Shown here: in pieces, positions 20,216-31,625 of the stretch | How the letters are laid out: each line of letters opens with the position of its first letter | Position numbering within the stretch: position 1 is the stretch's first letter | From: Alphaproteobacteria bacterium | Lineage (GTDB): Bacteria; Pseudomonadota; Alphaproteobacteria; Rickettsiales; VGDC01 | DNA: 64,000 nt | NCBI GenBank assembly: GCA_022450665.1 | Contig: JAKUPQ010000001.1 | Location: 1,272 to 65,271 of the forward strand | Direction of reading: 5' to 3' | Notes under the pieces: model-generated | Seen by the model: only the letters and a program-made list of their open reading frames with translations | Told to the model about the DNA's origin: nothing | The model's database searches: none | Translations under genes and position numbers: made by a program

Positions 20216-21361
20216 TTATCTGCTAGCGACAGCATTATTTTTTTGGCTTCCAGCGCTAAGATTGGCCAATGCAGAAATAATGGCATCGCCCATTTCATGA
20301 GTGCCAACCTGTTTGGCTCCGTCCTGCATAATGTCGCTGGTACGATAGCCGCTTTCTAAAACAGAATTCACTGCATTTTCAAGTAAATCCGCATCATTTG
20401 AAAGATTAAAGCTGTAGCGCAACATCATCGCAAAGCTAAGGATGGTTGCGATTGGGTTGGCAATGCCTTGTCCGGCAATGTCTGGCGCGCTGCCATGCAC
20501 TGGCTCATAAAGCGATGGAATTTTGCCGCTGGCAACATCACGCGCACCCAAAGAGGCTGAAGGTAACATTCCAAGCGATCCGGTAAGCATGGCGGCGGTG
20601 TCTGAAATGATATCGCCAAACATATTGGTGGTAACAATCACATCGAATTGCTTGGGGTTGCGCACTAATTGCATGGATGCATTATCGACATACATATGCG
20701 ATAGCTCGATATCTGCATATTCAGTGTCGCCAATTTTCTGCACTTCTTCGCGCCACATTTCTGTGCATTCTAATACGTTAGCTTTATCGATAGAGCAAAG
20801 TTTACCGCCACGTTTTTGCGCCAGATCAAAAGCTACGCGCGCAATACGCTGCACTTCTTCTGTGGTGTAAACTAGCGTGTTAACCCCTTTGCGGCTGCCA
20901 TCGGGCAGGGTTTCAACGCCCCGTGGTTGGCCAAAATAGATGCCACCAGTTAATTCGCGCACTATCATGATATCTAATCCGGCGATTACCTCATGTTTTA
21001 GTGTAGAGGCATCAGCGAGGGCGCCGAAGCAAATTGCAGGACGAAGATTGGCAAACAAACCAAGTTCTTTGCGGATGCCAAGCAAGCCTTTTTCCGGGCG
21101 CACGGCGATAGGCAAGGGTTCCCATTTTGGGCCACCTACGGCTCCTAGTAAAACCGCATCGGCCTTATGAGCAGCATCTAACGTTTCTTGTGGCAGTGGA
21201 GTTCCGGTTTCGTCGTATGCGGCGCCGCCAATTAATGCGTTGGAAGTGGTATAAGTTGTGCCACAGTTTTTAGAAAACCAATTAATAATCTTAGTGGTTT
21301 CGGCCACAACTTCGGGGCCAATTCCATCACCGGCTAGCAGTAGAATATGTTTATTTTCCAT
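20216..21361 (-). CDS. leuB: 3-isopropylmalate dehydrogenase
   Basis: [11 protein letters not shown] and NMFGDIISD motifs. Start moved to the ATG at 21361 (MENKHILL), 17 nt after the leuD stop. Confidence 0.9.
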   Translation of the reverse strand: MENKHILLLAGDGIGPEVVAETTKIINWFSKNCGTTYTTSNALIGGAAYDETGTPLPQETLDAAHKADAVLLGAVGGPKWEPLPIAVRPEKGLLGIRKELGLFANLRPAICFGALADASTLKHEVIAGLDIMIVRELTGGIYFGQPRGVETLPDGSRKGVNTLVYTTEEVQRIARVAFDLAQKRGGKLCSIDKANVLECTEMWREEVQKIGDTEYADIELSHMYVDNASMQLVRNPKQFDVIVTTNMFGDIISDTAAMLTGSLGMLPSASLGARDVASGKIPSLYEPVHGSAPDIAGQGIANPIATILSFAMMLRYSFNLSNDADLLENAVNSVLESGYRTSDIMQDGAKQVGTHEMGDAIISALANLSAGSQKNNAVASR

Positions 21362-21377
21362 ACGTATATCCTTTATA

Positions 21378-21998
21378 TCACGCGGCTTTATAAAGCCAGG
21401 GTGCGCTGCGCTGTTGAGAGGCTTCAAAATCGTTTATTTTGTCTTGCTTTTTAAGCGATAAACCAATGTCATCAAGTCCATTTAGCAAACAATGCTTACG
21501 GAATGGCTCTACATCAAAAGCAATAGCACCAATGCCTTCAGCGTTTATAGTTTGTGTTTGCAAATCCACAGTCATGGTGGAATTGCCTTCATTAGTTTTT
21601 GCCCATTGCAGTAATCTAGAAACAATTTCTTTATCTAATTTAATAGGTAATATGCCATTTTTAAAGCAATTGTTGAAAAATATATCTGCATAAGATGGGG
21701 CGATAACGCAGCGAATTCCAAAGTCTAAAAGTGCCCATGGAGCATGTTCACGCGAAGAGCCGCAGCCAAAATTTTCACCCGCAACCAAAATTTGTGCGTC
21801 ACGATACGCAGGTTTATTCAGCACAAAATCGGGGATTTCTTTGCCTTCTAAATCATAGCGCATTTCATCAAATAAATTGACGCCCAAGCCGGTGCGTTTA
21901 ATTGTTTTTAGAAACTGCTTGGGAATGATCATATCAGTGTCGATATTCATCAAATCTAAAGGTGCAGCAGTAGCGGTAAGTGTGGTAAATGCTTGCAT
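21378..21998 (-). CDS. leuD: 3-isopropylmalate dehydratase small subunit
   Basis: [13 protein letters not shown] motif, adjacent to leuC. Confidence 0.9.
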   Translation of the reverse strand: MQAFTTLTATAAPLDLMNIDTDMIIPKQFLKTIKRTGLGVNLFDEMRYDLEGKEIPDFVLNKPAYRDAQILVAGENFGCGSSREHAPWALLDFGIRCVIAPSYADIFFNNCFKNGILPIKLDKEIVSRLLQWAKTNEGNSTMTVDLQTQTINAEGIGAIAFDVEPFRKHCLLNGLDDIGLSLKKQDKINDFEASQQRSAPWLYKAA

Positions 21999-22054
21999 AG
22001 TGGTTACCTTTAAATGGATATTTCACAAGATCGGTATGATCTGAGTTAAATGGC

Positions 22055-23476
22055 TTATGCCAGCACCATAGTATCTAGCTCACGTACATCTGCTAAATGG
22101 CCGGTGATAGCGGCGGCGGCGGCCATAGCGGGGCTAACTAAGTGCGTGCGGCCTCCGCGCCCTTGGCGACCTTCAAAGTTTCGATTGCTGGTGCTGGCAC
22201 AGCGTTCTCCAGGGGCGAGTTTGTCGGCATTCATGGCAAGGCACATAGAGCATCCGGGCTCTCGCCAGTCAAAGCCGGCTTCGATGAATATCTTGTCGAG
22301 GCCTTCATTTTCGGCCTGTTCTTTCACTAAACCAGAACCGGGGACAATCATGGCGCTGACAGTGTCGGCAACTTTACGGCCTTTTGCAACTACGGCGGCA
22401 GCGCGCAAATCTTCGATGCGTCCATTGGTGCAGGAGCCTATAAATACACGGTCTACAGGAATTTCTTTAAGCGGTGTGCCAGCAGTAAGTCCCATATAAT
22501 CTAATGAGCGCTGTACTGCCTGGGCTTTGGCAGTGTCTTTAATGTCTGCGGGGTTGGGAACTTTACCACTGATTGGCAACACATCCTCAGGGCTGGTTCC
22601 CCATGTAACTTGGGGTTCGATATCAGCGGCAGAAATTTCGATAACACTATCATAATGCGCATCTTCGTCACTAGTGAGTGTGCGCCAATAAGCAATGGCT
22701 TTATCTAACTCTTCACCTTTGGGCGCCATAGGGCGGCCTTTAACATAGGCAAAAGTGGTTTCATCCGGAGCAATCAAACCGGCGCGAGCACCTGCCTCAA
22801 TCGACATATTACAGACCGACATACGGCCTTCCATGCTTAAATTGCGGATAGCTTCTCCAGCATATTCAATCACATATCCGGTGCCGCCTGCGGTGCCAAT
22901 ACGCCCAATAACTGCAAGGGTGATGTCTTTCGCCGTCACACCAATAGGAAGCTTGCCGTCTACACGTACAAGCATATTTTTTGCAGGGCGCTGAATAAGG
23001 GTTTGTGTGGCCAGAACATGCTCTACTTCGCTGGTGCCAATACCAAATGCAAGGGCTCCAAATGCACCGTGGGTGGAAGTGTGGCTATCGCCGCAGACGA
23101 TTGTCATGCCGGGCAGGGTAAATCCTTGCTCAGGGCCAACAATATGTACAACGCCCTGACGTATGTCTAATAGCGGGAAGTATGGAACACCAAATTCCGT
23201 ACAGTTGGATTCTAACGTTTCCACCTGTATACGCGAGGTTTCATCGGCTATGCCGCGAGCACGACCTTCGGTTGGTACGTTATGGTCTGCTACGGCCAAT
23301 GTAGCATCAGGTCGACGCACTTTGCGGCCAGCCATACGCAAACCTTCAAAGGCTTGGGGGCTGGTAACTTCATGGACGAGGTGGCGGTCAATATATAACA
23401 GGCAGGTTCCGTCATCTTGTTGATCGACAAGATGGGCATCCCATATCTTATCATAGAGCGTTTGGGGGCGTTCCAT
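22055..23476 (-). CDS. leuC: 3-isopropylmalate dehydratase large subunit
   Basis: Aconitase-family motifs GDSHT and [11 protein letters not shown], 473 aa. Confidence 0.9.
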   Translation of the reverse strand: MERPQTLYDKIWDAHLVDQQDDGTCLLYIDRHLVHEVTSPQAFEGLRMAGRKVRRPDATLAVADHNVPTEGRARGIADETSRIQVETLESNCTEFGVPYFPLLDIRQGVVHIVGPEQGFTLPGMTIVCGDSHTSTHGAFGALAFGIGTSEVEHVLATQTLIQRPAKNMLVRVDGKLPIGVTAKDITLAVIGRIGTAGGTGYVIEYAGEAIRNLSMEGRMSVCNMSIEAGARAGLIAPDETTFAYVKGRPMAPKGEELDKAIAYWRTLTSDEDAHYDSVIEISAADIEPQVTWGTSPEDVLPISGKVPNPADIKDTAKAQAVQRSLDYMGLTAGTPLKEIPVDRVFIGSCTNGRIEDLRAAAVVAKGRKVADTVSAMIVPGSGLVKEQAENEGLDKIFIEAGFDWREPGCSMCLAMNADKLAPGERCASTSNRNFEGRQGRGGRTHLVSPAMAAAAAITGHLADVRELDTMVLA

Positions 23477-23583
23477 GTGTGACCGCTTTCCCTTCGTAAG
23501 AAGTTACTGTCGTTATGCTATTATAGTAGCAGAGCTATATTAGAATGGGCAATCTCATAAAGGGAGGGCGCCAAAATAATATA

Positions 23584-23973
23584 TTATGCGTTGTTTGATG
23601 GCTTTTTGTTCAACCAGTCACGCTTTTCTTTAATGCGTGCTGATTTACCACTGCGATCACGAAGATAGTAGAGCTTCGCACGACGCACATCGCCACGGCG
23701 CACTACATCAATGCTGTCAACGCGGGGTGAATAGAGTGGGAATGTACGCTCAACACCTTCGCCATGACTGATTTTGCGCACAGTGAAAGAGGAATGCAAG
23801 CCACGGTTCTTTTTGCCAATGCACACACCTTCGAATGCCTGAACACGTTCGTTAGCGCCTTCTACGATGCGTACGTTAACGCGCAATGTGTCGCCAGCGC
23901 CAAATTCTGGAATGGTTTTGCCTTCGGTCACTTCGGCAATATGGCTTTGTTCAAGTTTTTGCAGCAGGTTCAT
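23584..23973 (-). CDS. rplS: 50S ribosomal protein L19
   Basis: Position after trmD, and L19-like sequence ([25 protein letters not shown]). Confidence 0.9.
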   Translation of the reverse strand: MNLLQKLEQSHIAEVTEGKTIPEFGAGDTLRVNVRIVEGANERVQAFEGVCIGKKNRGLHSSFTVRKISHGEGVERTFPLYSPRVDSIDVVRRGDVRRAKLYYLRDRSGKSARIKEKRDWLNKKPSNNA

Positions 23974-24009
23974 GTCGTTTCCCCAAATGTAGATATCTAA
24001 TCAAAAAAA

Positions 24010-24747
24010 TCACTTCTTAGCGTTCATATAGCGTTCCCACATATCTGGGCGACGAGTAGCGGTAACTCGCTCTGCCTCTGCAAGACGCCATGTACGAATT
24101 TGTTCATGGTGGCCGGAGAGCAACACATCTGGTATGCCTTTGCCCTTCCAAACAGGCGGCCTAGTATAGTGAGGATATTCCAATAGTCCAGCATAAACAG
24201 CGTCTAAACCAAAACTTTCTTCGCCTAAAGCAGATTCATCCTGAATTACTCCTGGCACCAAACGCAAACAGGCATCAAGCAAAGCAAGCGCTGGTATTTC
24301 TCCACCCGAAAGCACGAACTCACCTAGGCTTAGATCAAGTGGCTGATGTTCTTCGAAAATTCTCTCATCTATACCTTCAAATCTTCCGCATAGCATTATC
24401 AGCGGTTGCTCTACCAGCTTAGCAATAAGGGGTTGAGTAATCGCCTGACCTCGGGGGGTGAAGTGTATGAGGCGAGCATTGGGAAGTTTGCTTTTTGCTG
24501 CGCAAATGGCAGCATCCACCACATCAGCACGCATCACCATGCCGGTGCCACCGCCATATGGAGTGTCGTCTACGTTGTTATGTTTGTTGGTGGCGTAGTC
24601 GCGAATATTCAGAGTTTCTAAATTCCACAAGCCATTATGCAGTGCTTTCCCTGCCAAGGAATAGGCTAGGGGGCCAGGAAACATTTCGGGAAAAAGTGTA
24701 AGTGCAATGGCTTCGAACAGCGTGTGTGCGTGGGGTGAGGCGGTCAT
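24010..24747 (-). CDS. trmD: tRNA (guanine37-N1)-methyltransferase
   Basis: YGGGTGMVM and LCGRFEGIDERI motifs. 4-nt overlap with rimM. Confidence 0.9.
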   Translation of the reverse strand: MTASPHAHTLFEAIALTLFPEMFPGPLAYSLAGKALHNGLWNLETLNIRDYATNKHNNVDDTPYGGGTGMVMRADVVDAAICAAKSKLPNARLIHFTPRGQAITQPLIAKLVEQPLIMLCGRFEGIDERIFEEHQPLDLSLGEFVLSGGEIPALALLDACLRLVPGVIQDESALGEESFGLDAVYAGLLEYPHYTRPPVWKGKGIPDVLLSGHHEQIRTWRLAEAERVTATRRPDMWERYMNAKK

Positions 24748-25250
24748 TCCTTCTCCCCTTTTGCCTCGATAATCTCGGGCAGATCAGCAAGAATATACCC
24801 TTCGGTAATAAAAATTTCTGGGAAAGATGCTAACGTGAAAGGGTACATTTCTTTCGTGCCGTTTGTATGGCGGATTTCAATGACATCGCCCGCGCCAAAA
24901 TCCTGTAGAGCCGTAACCTTACCAAGTGTTTCTCCTGCGGCATTGCGTATTTCTAATCCCACCAGGTCTTCATAGTAGAACTCGTCGTCATCCGGTGGAG
25001 GTAGGGAGGATTTTGCTACAAAAAACTCTGTGCCACGCAGTGTTTCTGCAGTATTTCTATCTTTCACGCCCTTTAGTGTGGCGACCAAAGCATTTTTTGT
25101 GGCGGCATCGATCCGCAATTCATAGCGTTTTGTGCCCTCGGCGTTCAGTAATGGTTTGTAAAGCGCAATATCGCTTGGATTGGTGGTAAAGCTTTTGATT
25201 TTAACTTGCCCGCGAATGCCATGCGCGCCGGTAATAACACCAATGTCCAC
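24744..25250 (-). CDS. rimM: 16S rRNA processing protein RimM
   Basis: GAHGIRGQVKIKSFT motif. GTG start at 25250. Conserved rpsP-rimM-trmD-rplS order. Confidence 0.8.
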   Translation of the reverse strand: MDIGVITGAHGIRGQVKIKSFTTNPSDIALYKPLLNAEGTKRYELRIDAATKNALVATLKGVKDRNTAETLRGTEFFVAKSSLPPPDDDEFYYEDLVGLEIRNAAGETLGKVTALQDFGAGDVIEIRHTNGTKEMYPFTLASFPEIFITEGYILADLPEIIEAKGEKE

Positions 25251-25366
25251 CAGCGGCTACTCTGTAGAAGAGGGCGCTTGGCGGCCTTGGTTTGCTATAA
25301 GTGACGATGGGTCGTCTATCATAATGTATCCGCCAAAGTGAAAATTAGCGGGATGCGTTGCACTTA

Positions 25367-25801
25367 TCAAGCATCGGTAGAAGGAGACACGGCCTCTTCT
25401 GCGCTTGAAGCAGCTTCGGCAGCAGCATCAGAAGCGGCAGGTGCTTCTTCTTTAGCGGCAGGAGCGGGAGCTTCTTCTTTAGCTTGGTGCTTACGCAGTT
25501 TGTCTGGGTTTTTAGGGCCTTTTTCTGCGTCGCGATAAACAGCTTTGGTGGTGATCAAGCCAGCTGCACGCAAGAAACGCTCTACACGCTCTGTTGGCTG
25601 TGCGCCGGTTTTCAGCCAATGCTGCATGCGTTCTTTATCAAAAACGATGCGGTTTTCGTCACCTTTTGGCAACATTGGGTTATATGCGCCAAGCTTCTCG
25701 ATGAAGCGGCCATCGCGTGGGCTGCGCTGATCGGCAACAACGATGCGGTAATATGGACGTTTTTTGGCGCCAGAGCGAGCCAGACGAATTTTGGTAGCCA
25801 T
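25367..25801 (-). CDS. rpsP: 30S ribosomal protein S16 with Ala/Glu/Pro-rich C-terminal extension
   Basis: [25 protein letters not shown]-terminus. The C-terminal tail contains [18 protein letters not shown]. Confidence 0.9.
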   Translation of the reverse strand: MATKIRLARSGAKKRPYYRIVVADQRSPRDGRFIEKLGAYNPMLPKGDENRIVFDKERMQHWLKTGAQPTERVERFLRAAGLITTKAVYRDAEKGPKNPDKLRKHQAKEEAPAPAAKEEAPAASDAAAEAASSAEEAVSPSTDA

Positions 25802-26012
25802 TATGATTTTTCCCTATATAACAATAATCTTTACGAGGATTTGCGCAATCTCTCTTTAAAAGAGCGTGCATATTAATCAGAAAACACACACAAAATCCAG
25901 CGAAAATTTGCTGTAAGGCAGGTTTTTCGTATTGCTTTGTGAATAAGGCTTGTGGCAGCATCGCAAAATATATCATATTTGGACGCGAAAAAATTGCTAT
26001 GGAGAATAGAAT

Positions 26013-26414
26013 ATGAAGATTATTTCCCAGTCTGGTTTTGGTGTTGCGTTGCTTGCAATGCTGGCTGCCTGTGCAAATCCTACTATTGCGCCACCGGTGA
26101 CAGCTGCGGATGCACAAAAAGAATGTGCGGCGCTTGAGCACGACATAGCCGAAGCGGCGCGATTAAAAACTGAGGCGCGTAGCGAAGATAAATTTCAATG
26201 GAAATATATTTTTGTTGTTAATGCCGCCACATCGGCCTATCGCATGAATAAAGCCGAGGCTGCCGCGCAAAAGCGTTTGGAAGATCTGAATCAGATTGCA
26301 GCCAGCAAAGGATGCTTGGGAAATATGGATAAAGACATCGAAGCAGGTACGCCGATAACGCCAATGCCCGTTACGCCAGCACCAGCAGAGCCAACTCCCG
26401 CGCCAATAAAATAA
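26013..26414 (+). CDS. Lipoprotein with Pro-rich C-terminus, unknown function
   Basis: Lipobox LAAC in MKIISQSGFGVALLAMLAAC. GGAGAA RBS upstream. The tail is TPITPMPVTPAPAEPTPAPIK. Confidence 0.55.
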   Translation: MKIISQSGFGVALLAMLAACANPTIAPPVTAADAQKECAALEHDIAEAARLKTEARSEDKFQWKYIFVVNAATSAYRMNKAEAAAQKRLEDLNQIAASKGCLGNMDKDIEAGTPITPMPVTPAPAEPTPAPIK

Positions 26415-26416
26415 GC

Positions 26417-27766
26417 TTACATGGGCAGAAGGTTTTTCAGGCCACTGCGAGTCATGCCTTTTTTGCCCATTTTGCGGAACTTTTTCATCATCTGCGACAT
26501 TTGCTGCCATTGTTTAATCAGGCGGTTAATGTCTTGAACGGTAGTGCCGGATCCTTGTGCAATACGCCGACGACGTGAGGCATTCAGCAGCTTTGGGTTG
26601 CTGCGTTCTGCCGGTGTCATAGAGGATATCATGGCTTCGGTTTTACCTAATACGCTCTCATCTACTGTTGCACCTTCTAATTGCTGCTTAAGCTGCCCCA
26701 TACCAGGCAACATGCCCATGAGCGATCCCATGCCCCCCATTTTCTTCATATTTTTAAGTTGCTCAGATAAATCATTCAGATCAAACTGGCCTTGATCAAA
26801 ACGCTCCTGCATTTTTTGCGCATCTTCTTTATTGATGCTTTCTGTAGCGCGCTCCACCAATGACACCACATCGCCCATATCCAAAATGCGTGATGCGATA
26901 CGTTGCGGATGGAAAGGCTCCAGATTTTCGAGTTTTTCACCAGTACCCATAAATTTGATAGGTTGGCTTGTGACATGACGCATAGAAAGCGCTGCGCCTC
27001 CACGGGCGTCGCCATCAATACGGGTGAGAGTAATGCCAGTAATGCCGATTTTTTCATGAAACTCGGTGGCAATTACCACGGCATCCTGTCCTGTTAGTGC
27101 ATCTGCAACCAACATGGTTTCGGTGGGTTTGGAAAGCCTCTTAATTTCTGCAAGCTCTTGCATGAGAGCTTCATCAATATGCAAGCGTCCGGCAGTATCC
27201 AGCATCAACACATCATAGCCTTCAAGACGGGCAGATTCTAATGCGCGCTTGGTAATATCCAGAGGCGATTGGCCTTTGATAATAGGTAGGCCGGTCACAC
27301 CCACTTGATTAGCCAGAACATCCAGCTGTTCTTGTGCCGCAGGGCGCTGCACATCAAGGGATGCCAACAGCACTTTTTTACCGCGTTTTTCTTTCAGTAT
27401 TTTAGCCAGCTTACCTGTTGTGGTGGTTTTACCCGATCCTTGCAAGCCAACCATCAGCACAACCACGGGCGGTACAGCATTGAGATTGAGGTCGTGATGT
27501 TCATCACCCAGCAGTTCAACCAAATGGTCTTGCACCAACTTTATAACCATCTGCGCCGGAGACACGCTTTTTACGACCTCGGTACCGACAGCTTTTTCTT
27601 TTAAGCTTTTGATGAATTCTTTTACCACAGGTAAAGCCACATCGGCCTCTAGAAGTGCGATACGTACTTCGCGCATGGCATTATCGATGTCGCTTTCCGA
27701 CAGTGTTCCGCGCTTACGTAAATTGGTAAAAACAGAACCTAAACGGTCACTAAGTGAAGCAAACAT
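26417..27766 (-). CDS. ffh: Signal recognition particle protein Ffh
   Basis: GLQGSGKTTT and DTAGR motifs, Met-rich M domain (MGSLMGMLPGMG). ATG at 27766 follows GGAGAA. Confidence 0.9.
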   Translation of the reverse strand: MFASLSDRLGSVFTNLRKRGTLSESDIDNAMREVRIALLEADVALPVVKEFIKSLKEKAVGTEVVKSVSPAQMVIKLVQDHLVELLGDEHHDLNLNAVPPVVVLMVGLQGSGKTTTTGKLAKILKEKRGKKVLLASLDVQRPAAQEQLDVLANQVGVTGLPIIKGQSPLDITKRALESARLEGYDVLMLDTAGRLHIDEALMQELAEIKRLSKPTETMLVADALTGQDAVVIATEFHEKIGITGITLTRIDGDARGGAALSMRHVTSQPIKFMGTGEKLENLEPFHPQRIASRILDMGDVVSLVERATESINKEDAQKMQERFDQGQFDLNDLSEQLKNMKKMGGMGSLMGMLPGMGQLKQQLEGATVDESVLGKTEAMISSMTPAERSNPKLLNASRRRRIAQGSGTTVQDINRLIKQWQQMSQMMKKFRKMGKKGMTRSGLKNLLPM

Positions 27767-27900
27767 GGGCTTCTCCATTCATTAACAAAAATCGCCATAA
27801 CTTAGCGTGTATGCAGAGGAATGCGCAAGTAAAAAGGATTCATCTGGACAAATGATGGTGACATATGCAATCTATCGCAACAAATTCTATCGAGGTGTAT

Positions 27901-28653
27901 ATGGAACTGCTATTAAACCCTGAAGCATGGGCGAGTTTACTTACGTTGACAGCATTAGAAATTGTGCTGGGTATCGACAATGTGGTGTTTATCGCCTTAA
28001 TAGTAAATCATCTGCCACCAAAAGAGCGTGACAGAGCGCGTTACATTGGTTTGTTCCTGGCATTGTTCATGCGTATAGCCCTCTTATTTAGTTTAGTATG
28101 GCTGATGGGGCTGACAGAGCCGTTTTTCTCCGTGTTAGGTCACGGGATTTCCGGCAAAGATTTGTTGATGGTAGTGGGCGGCTTATTCCTTATTTATAAG
28201 GCTACAACCAGCATTCACGATGAAATGACACATGATGCAGAATCGAGCTATAAAGATTTTAAGGGCAGTTTCAGCAAAACCATCTTACAAGTAATTTTTA
28301 TTGATCTGATATTCTCGTTCGATTCGATTATAACCGCAGTGGGTCTAACCGAAATGGTTGTGGTGATTGTGGTCGCAATGGTGATTGCAATGGCTGTGAT
28401 GTTGGTTTCTTCAGGTTTTATAGCAGAGTTTATCGAAAAACATGCCACACTAAAAATGCTGGCGCTATCGTTCATTATGATGATTGGCATGATGCTATGC
28501 GCCGAAGGCCTTGGATTCCATGTGCCTAAAGGATACATCTATTTCAGTATGGCGTTCTCGCTTGGCGTTGAAATTCTCAATATGACAGTGCGTAAACGTA
28601 GCTTGAGAGCCACGCAAAAAAATACAGCACCACAGGCTGAGGATGGCAAATAA
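27901..28653 (+). CDS. TerC-family integral membrane protein
   Basis: LEIVLGIDNVVFIA motif, polytopic. ATG 27901 follows GAGGTG. An alternative ATG lies at 27865. Confidence 0.75.
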   Translation: MELLLNPEAWASLLTLTALEIVLGIDNVVFIALIVNHLPPKERDRARYIGLFLALFMRIALLFSLVWLMGLTEPFFSVLGHGISGKDLLMVVGGLFLIYKATTSIHDEMTHDAESSYKDFKGSFSKTILQVIFIDLIFSFDSIITAVGLTEMVVVIVVAMVIAMAVMLVSSGFIAEFIEKHATLKMLALSFIMMIGMMLCAEGLGFHVPKGYIYFSMAFSLGVEILNMTVRKRSLRATQKNTAPQAEDGK

Positions 28654-28742
28654 TTTCTAAATAAATTCTGTGGCAAATTCTCTTGCCCCCGTGATCCTAT
28701 TTGCATAGAATCAGCCCGCAATCCAACGTAAAGAGGCTCATT

Positions 28743-29003
28743 TTGTCTAATCAATCATCTCAGCAACATGCTGACATCGCAAATCTTTCCTTTGAAGCCG
28801 CTATGGGCGAGCTTGAGGCAATTGTAAAGCGTATGGAAACCGGTGAAGCAGAACTAGAGTCTGCTATCAGCGATTATGATCGTGGAATGGCTTTGAAAAA
28901 GCACTGTGAAACCAAGCTTGCCGATGCGCGGATGAAGGTAGAAAAAATCGTACAAAATGAAGATGGCGGCAGCGCCACAGTTGCGTTTGATCCAGATGAA
29001 TAA
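28743..29003 (+). CDS. xseB: Exodeoxyribonuclease VII small subunit
   Basis: SFEAAMGELEAIVKRMETGE matches the XseB core. A TTG at 28743 lies 6 nt after AAGAGG. The ORF track start (28701) is less likely. Confidence 0.7.
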   Translation: MSNQSSQQHADIANLSFEAAMGELEAIVKRMETGEAELESAISDYDRGMALKKHCETKLADARMKVEKIVQNEDGGSATVAFDPDE

Positions 29004-29922
29004 TAACGATAACACCAGTTTAGGAGATCCAGCCTTGGAACAATTGATGCAGGCATTGGAAGAAGTATCCGCTCAGCTTTATGATAAGATGGACGACGTA
29101 TTGCCAGATCCTGAAAATGGTGTTGGTACAATTGCTGAAGCTATGCGTTATGCAGCGCTTTCGGGTGGTAAGCGTTTACGTCCGTTTCTTACGGTGCAAT
29201 CTGCAAAACTCTTTGGTGTGAGTAATGATGCCGCGCTTCATGTGGCGGCGGCGATTGAGTTTATTCATACCTATTCTTTGATGCACGATGATTTGCCCGC
29301 TATGGATGACGATGATTTGCGCCGTGGCCAGCCCTCTGCACATATTAAATTTGGTGAAGCGGCGGCAATTTTGGCAGGTGATGCATTGTTAACCTATGCA
29401 TTTCAGCTTTTGGCAGATCGTGACGTACATGCCGACCCATCGGTGCGTTGTGAGTTAATTCGCTCACTAGCGGCAGCCTCGGGTTTCCGTGGCATGGTCG
29501 GTGGACAAATGATGGATCTGGAATCGGAACACGAAGAGCTAAGCATTGATCAGGTGATTCGACTGCAGCGCTTGAAAACCGGTGAATTATTTGCCATTTC
29601 CTGCGAAGCTGGTGCCATTATGGGTAAGGCTCCTTGGCAAATGCGTAATGCGCTTAAAGCATACGCCCATGACGTAGGGTTAGCTTTTCAGATTCGTGAT
29701 GATTTGCTCGATGCCGAAGGTACGCGCTCTGAAACAGGCAAGACCGTCAAGAAAGACGAAGCTGCAGGCAAGGCAACACTGGTTTCTATCATGGGTATAG
29801 AGCGCGCTAAAGAGCAAAGCCGTATCTTGGCAGAGCAGGCTATTCGCCATCTGGATGTGTTTGATGACAAAGCAACAAATCTGCGAAAACTAGCAGAATA
29901 TATCGTTACGCGTCGCAGCTAA
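28996..29922 (+). CDS. ispA: Farnesyl diphosphate synthase (polyprenyl synthetase)
   Basis: First DDxxD region HDDLPAMDDDDLRRG and second FQIRDDLLD. ATG 28996 overlaps the xseB end. xseB-ispA is a conserved pair. Confidence 0.85.
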   Translation: MNNNDNTSLGDPALEQLMQALEEVSAQLYDKMDDVLPDPENGVGTIAEAMRYAALSGGKRLRPFLTVQSAKLFGVSNDAALHVAAAIEFIHTYSLMHDDLPAMDDDDLRRGQPSAHIKFGEAAAILAGDALLTYAFQLLADRDVHADPSVRCELIRSLAAASGFRGMVGGQMMDLESEHEELSIDQVIRLQRLKTGELFAISCEAGAIMGKAPWQMRNALKAYAHDVGLAFQIRDDLLDAEGTRSETGKTVKKDEAAGKATLVSIMGIERAKEQSRILAEQAIRHLDVFDDKATNLRKLAEYIVTRRS

Positions 29923-29933
29923 AAGGGGGGTTC

Positions 29934-30350
29934 ATGGATCAGCCATATATTGATATTATAGTTGAAGGAATACTTTCAACTACCCTGTGGTCGTTTACAA
30001 CCGATACCACCTTTTTTGCTATGGTTGCATTTGGGAACTCAGATATACAGCTGGCTTTACTATGTGCAGTGCTTGGCGGCAGCATTGGCGCTTCTATAAA
30101 TTATGGTCTGGGTCGTTTACTGGCTATTTTGCAAACAAATGGCACCTCTAAGATTCCGCAGGATAAATATGACTTGTGGCGCAAACGTGCGTATTTTGCA
30201 GCGCCTATTATTTGCATGTTGTCATGGATTCATCTGGTGGGCGCCTTGGTATTTGCCCTAGGGTTTTTACGAGTAAGGGCGTTTTTGGTGATTCCATTTT
30301 TGATGATTGGACAGGCTTTATATTACGGCTATGCCATAATGTATACTTGA
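29934..30350 (+). CDS. YqaA/DedA-like small membrane protein
   Basis: LGGSIGASINYGLGR and LSWIHLVGALVFALGF resemble the YqaA pattern as I recall it. 138 aa with about 4 TM segments. Confidence 0.5.
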   Translation: MDQPYIDIIVEGILSTTLWSFTTDTTFFAMVAFGNSDIQLALLCAVLGGSIGASINYGLGRLLAILQTNGTSKIPQDKYDLWRKRAYFAAPIICMLSWIHLVGALVFALGFLRVRAFLVIPFLMIGQALYYGYAIMYT

Positions 30351-30356
30351 TTCAGA

Positions 30357-31586
30357 TTACGCAAAAAACAGATATCCCACCCCAATTGCAGCAGTAATGC
30401 CCGCTACATCAGCAAGCAGGCCGCAAGCAATTGCATGACGGGTTTGGGTGATGCCCACAGAGCCGAAATATACTGCTAATACATAAAATGTTGTCTCTGT
30501 ACTGCCCTGTATGGTGGCAGATAGCAGGGCAGGGAAAGAGTCTACGCCATAGTTGTTCATGGTTTCAATAAGCATAGCGCGAGCTCCGCTGCCGCTAAAA
30601 GGCTTCATAAATGCGGTAGGCAATGCGGGCACAAAATCGGCATTAAGCCCCAAAGCTAACACACCGCGCTCTATTACCCACAATGCTCCATCTAATGCGC
30701 CGCTGGCACGTAAGACGCCGATTGCCACCAGCATAGCAACCAAATAGGGAATGATGCGAATGGCTACCTCAAATCCTTCTTTCGCGCCTTCGACAAACAC
30801 TTCATATACCGGAACTTTTTTGCGCCATCCGGCAAATATAAAGCATGTGATAATGCAAAAAATTATTAAATTGCCAGCTAATGTAGATTGACGGGTTTGT
30901 TCTTCAGTAGAAAGTGCAGAAATATAGACTGCTATCGCGCTGAGAAAAATCGCAAACCCACCAAAATACGCTAATACGATGCGGTTAAAGATGGGTAGTT
31001 TTTGCACCCATGCCACCGCCATGATGCCAACAAAAGTAGAAAATGACGTGGCAAATAGTATAGGTAAAAATACGCTGGTAGGGTCAGCAGCGCCCAATTG
31101 TGCTCGATACATAAAAATAGTTACGGGCAATAATGTGATAGACGATGTGTTTATTACCAAAAATAAAATTTGTGCATTAGTGGCAATGTTTTTAACAGGG
31201 TTAAGTGCCTGCAACTCTTGCATTGCTTTTAACCCTAGTGGGGTGGCGGCATTGTCTAACCCCAGCATATTTGCGGCCATATTCATAGTCATGCTGGCCT
31301 GCGCCGGATGATTTTGAGGCACTTCGGGAAATAAATGGCGGAATAATGGATTCAATCCACGGGCAATGTGTTGAATTAACCCCGCTTCGCGTGCGATGGC
31401 AAACAGACCAAGCCACAGGCATAATATTCCCACTAACCCCAATGAAATATCAAATGCCGTAGTGGCCATGCTGAAGGTGGATTGCACCAACGCCACCCAT
31501 ATCTCACTGTTTCCCAGTACCAGCCAATGAAACATGCCCGACAAAAATGCAATAGCAAAAAAAGAGAACCACAAATGGTTTAGCAT
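30357..31586 (-). CDS. Nucleoside-recognition (Gate) domain membrane protein, SpmA/SpmB-like fusion
   Basis: 409-aa polytopic protein. The N-terminus MLNHLWFSFF resembles SpmA-type proteins. Confidence 0.55.
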   Translation of the reverse strand: MLNHLWFSFFAIAFLSGMFHWLVLGNSEIWVALVQSTFSMATTAFDISLGLVGILCLWLGLFAIAREAGLIQHIARGLNPLFRHLFPEVPQNHPAQASMTMNMAANMLGLDNAATPLGLKAMQELQALNPVKNIATNAQILFLVINTSSITLLPVTIFMYRAQLGAADPTSVFLPILFATSFSTFVGIMAVAWVQKLPIFNRIVLAYFGGFAIFLSAIAVYISALSTEEQTRQSTLAGNLIIFCIITCFIFAGWRKKVPVYEVFVEGAKEGFEVAIRIIPYLVAMLVAIGVLRASGALDGALWVIERGVLALGLNADFVPALPTAFMKPFSGSGARAMLIETMNNYGVDSFPALLSATIQGSTETTFYVLAVYFGSVGITQTRHAIACGLLADVAGITAAIGVGYLFFA

Positions 31587-31625
31587 GGGATAGCACTTGT
31601 TATCTGTTTAAGCGTTAAGGTATAA

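Noticed and set aside
23520-23525. A perfect TATAAT (minus strand) in the rplS-leuC spacer, as a possible leuC promoter.
   Set aside because: No acceptable -35 element lies at a 16-18 bp spacing; the nearest TTGCCC is about 21 nt away. A lone -10 hexamer in AT-rich spacer is not enough.
25680-26141. A 153-aa minus-strand ORF spanning the rpsP start and the lipoprotein gene start.
   Set aside because: It overlaps two better-supported genes and the intergenic promoter region. It is Cys/Arg-rich junk-like sequence with no RBS.
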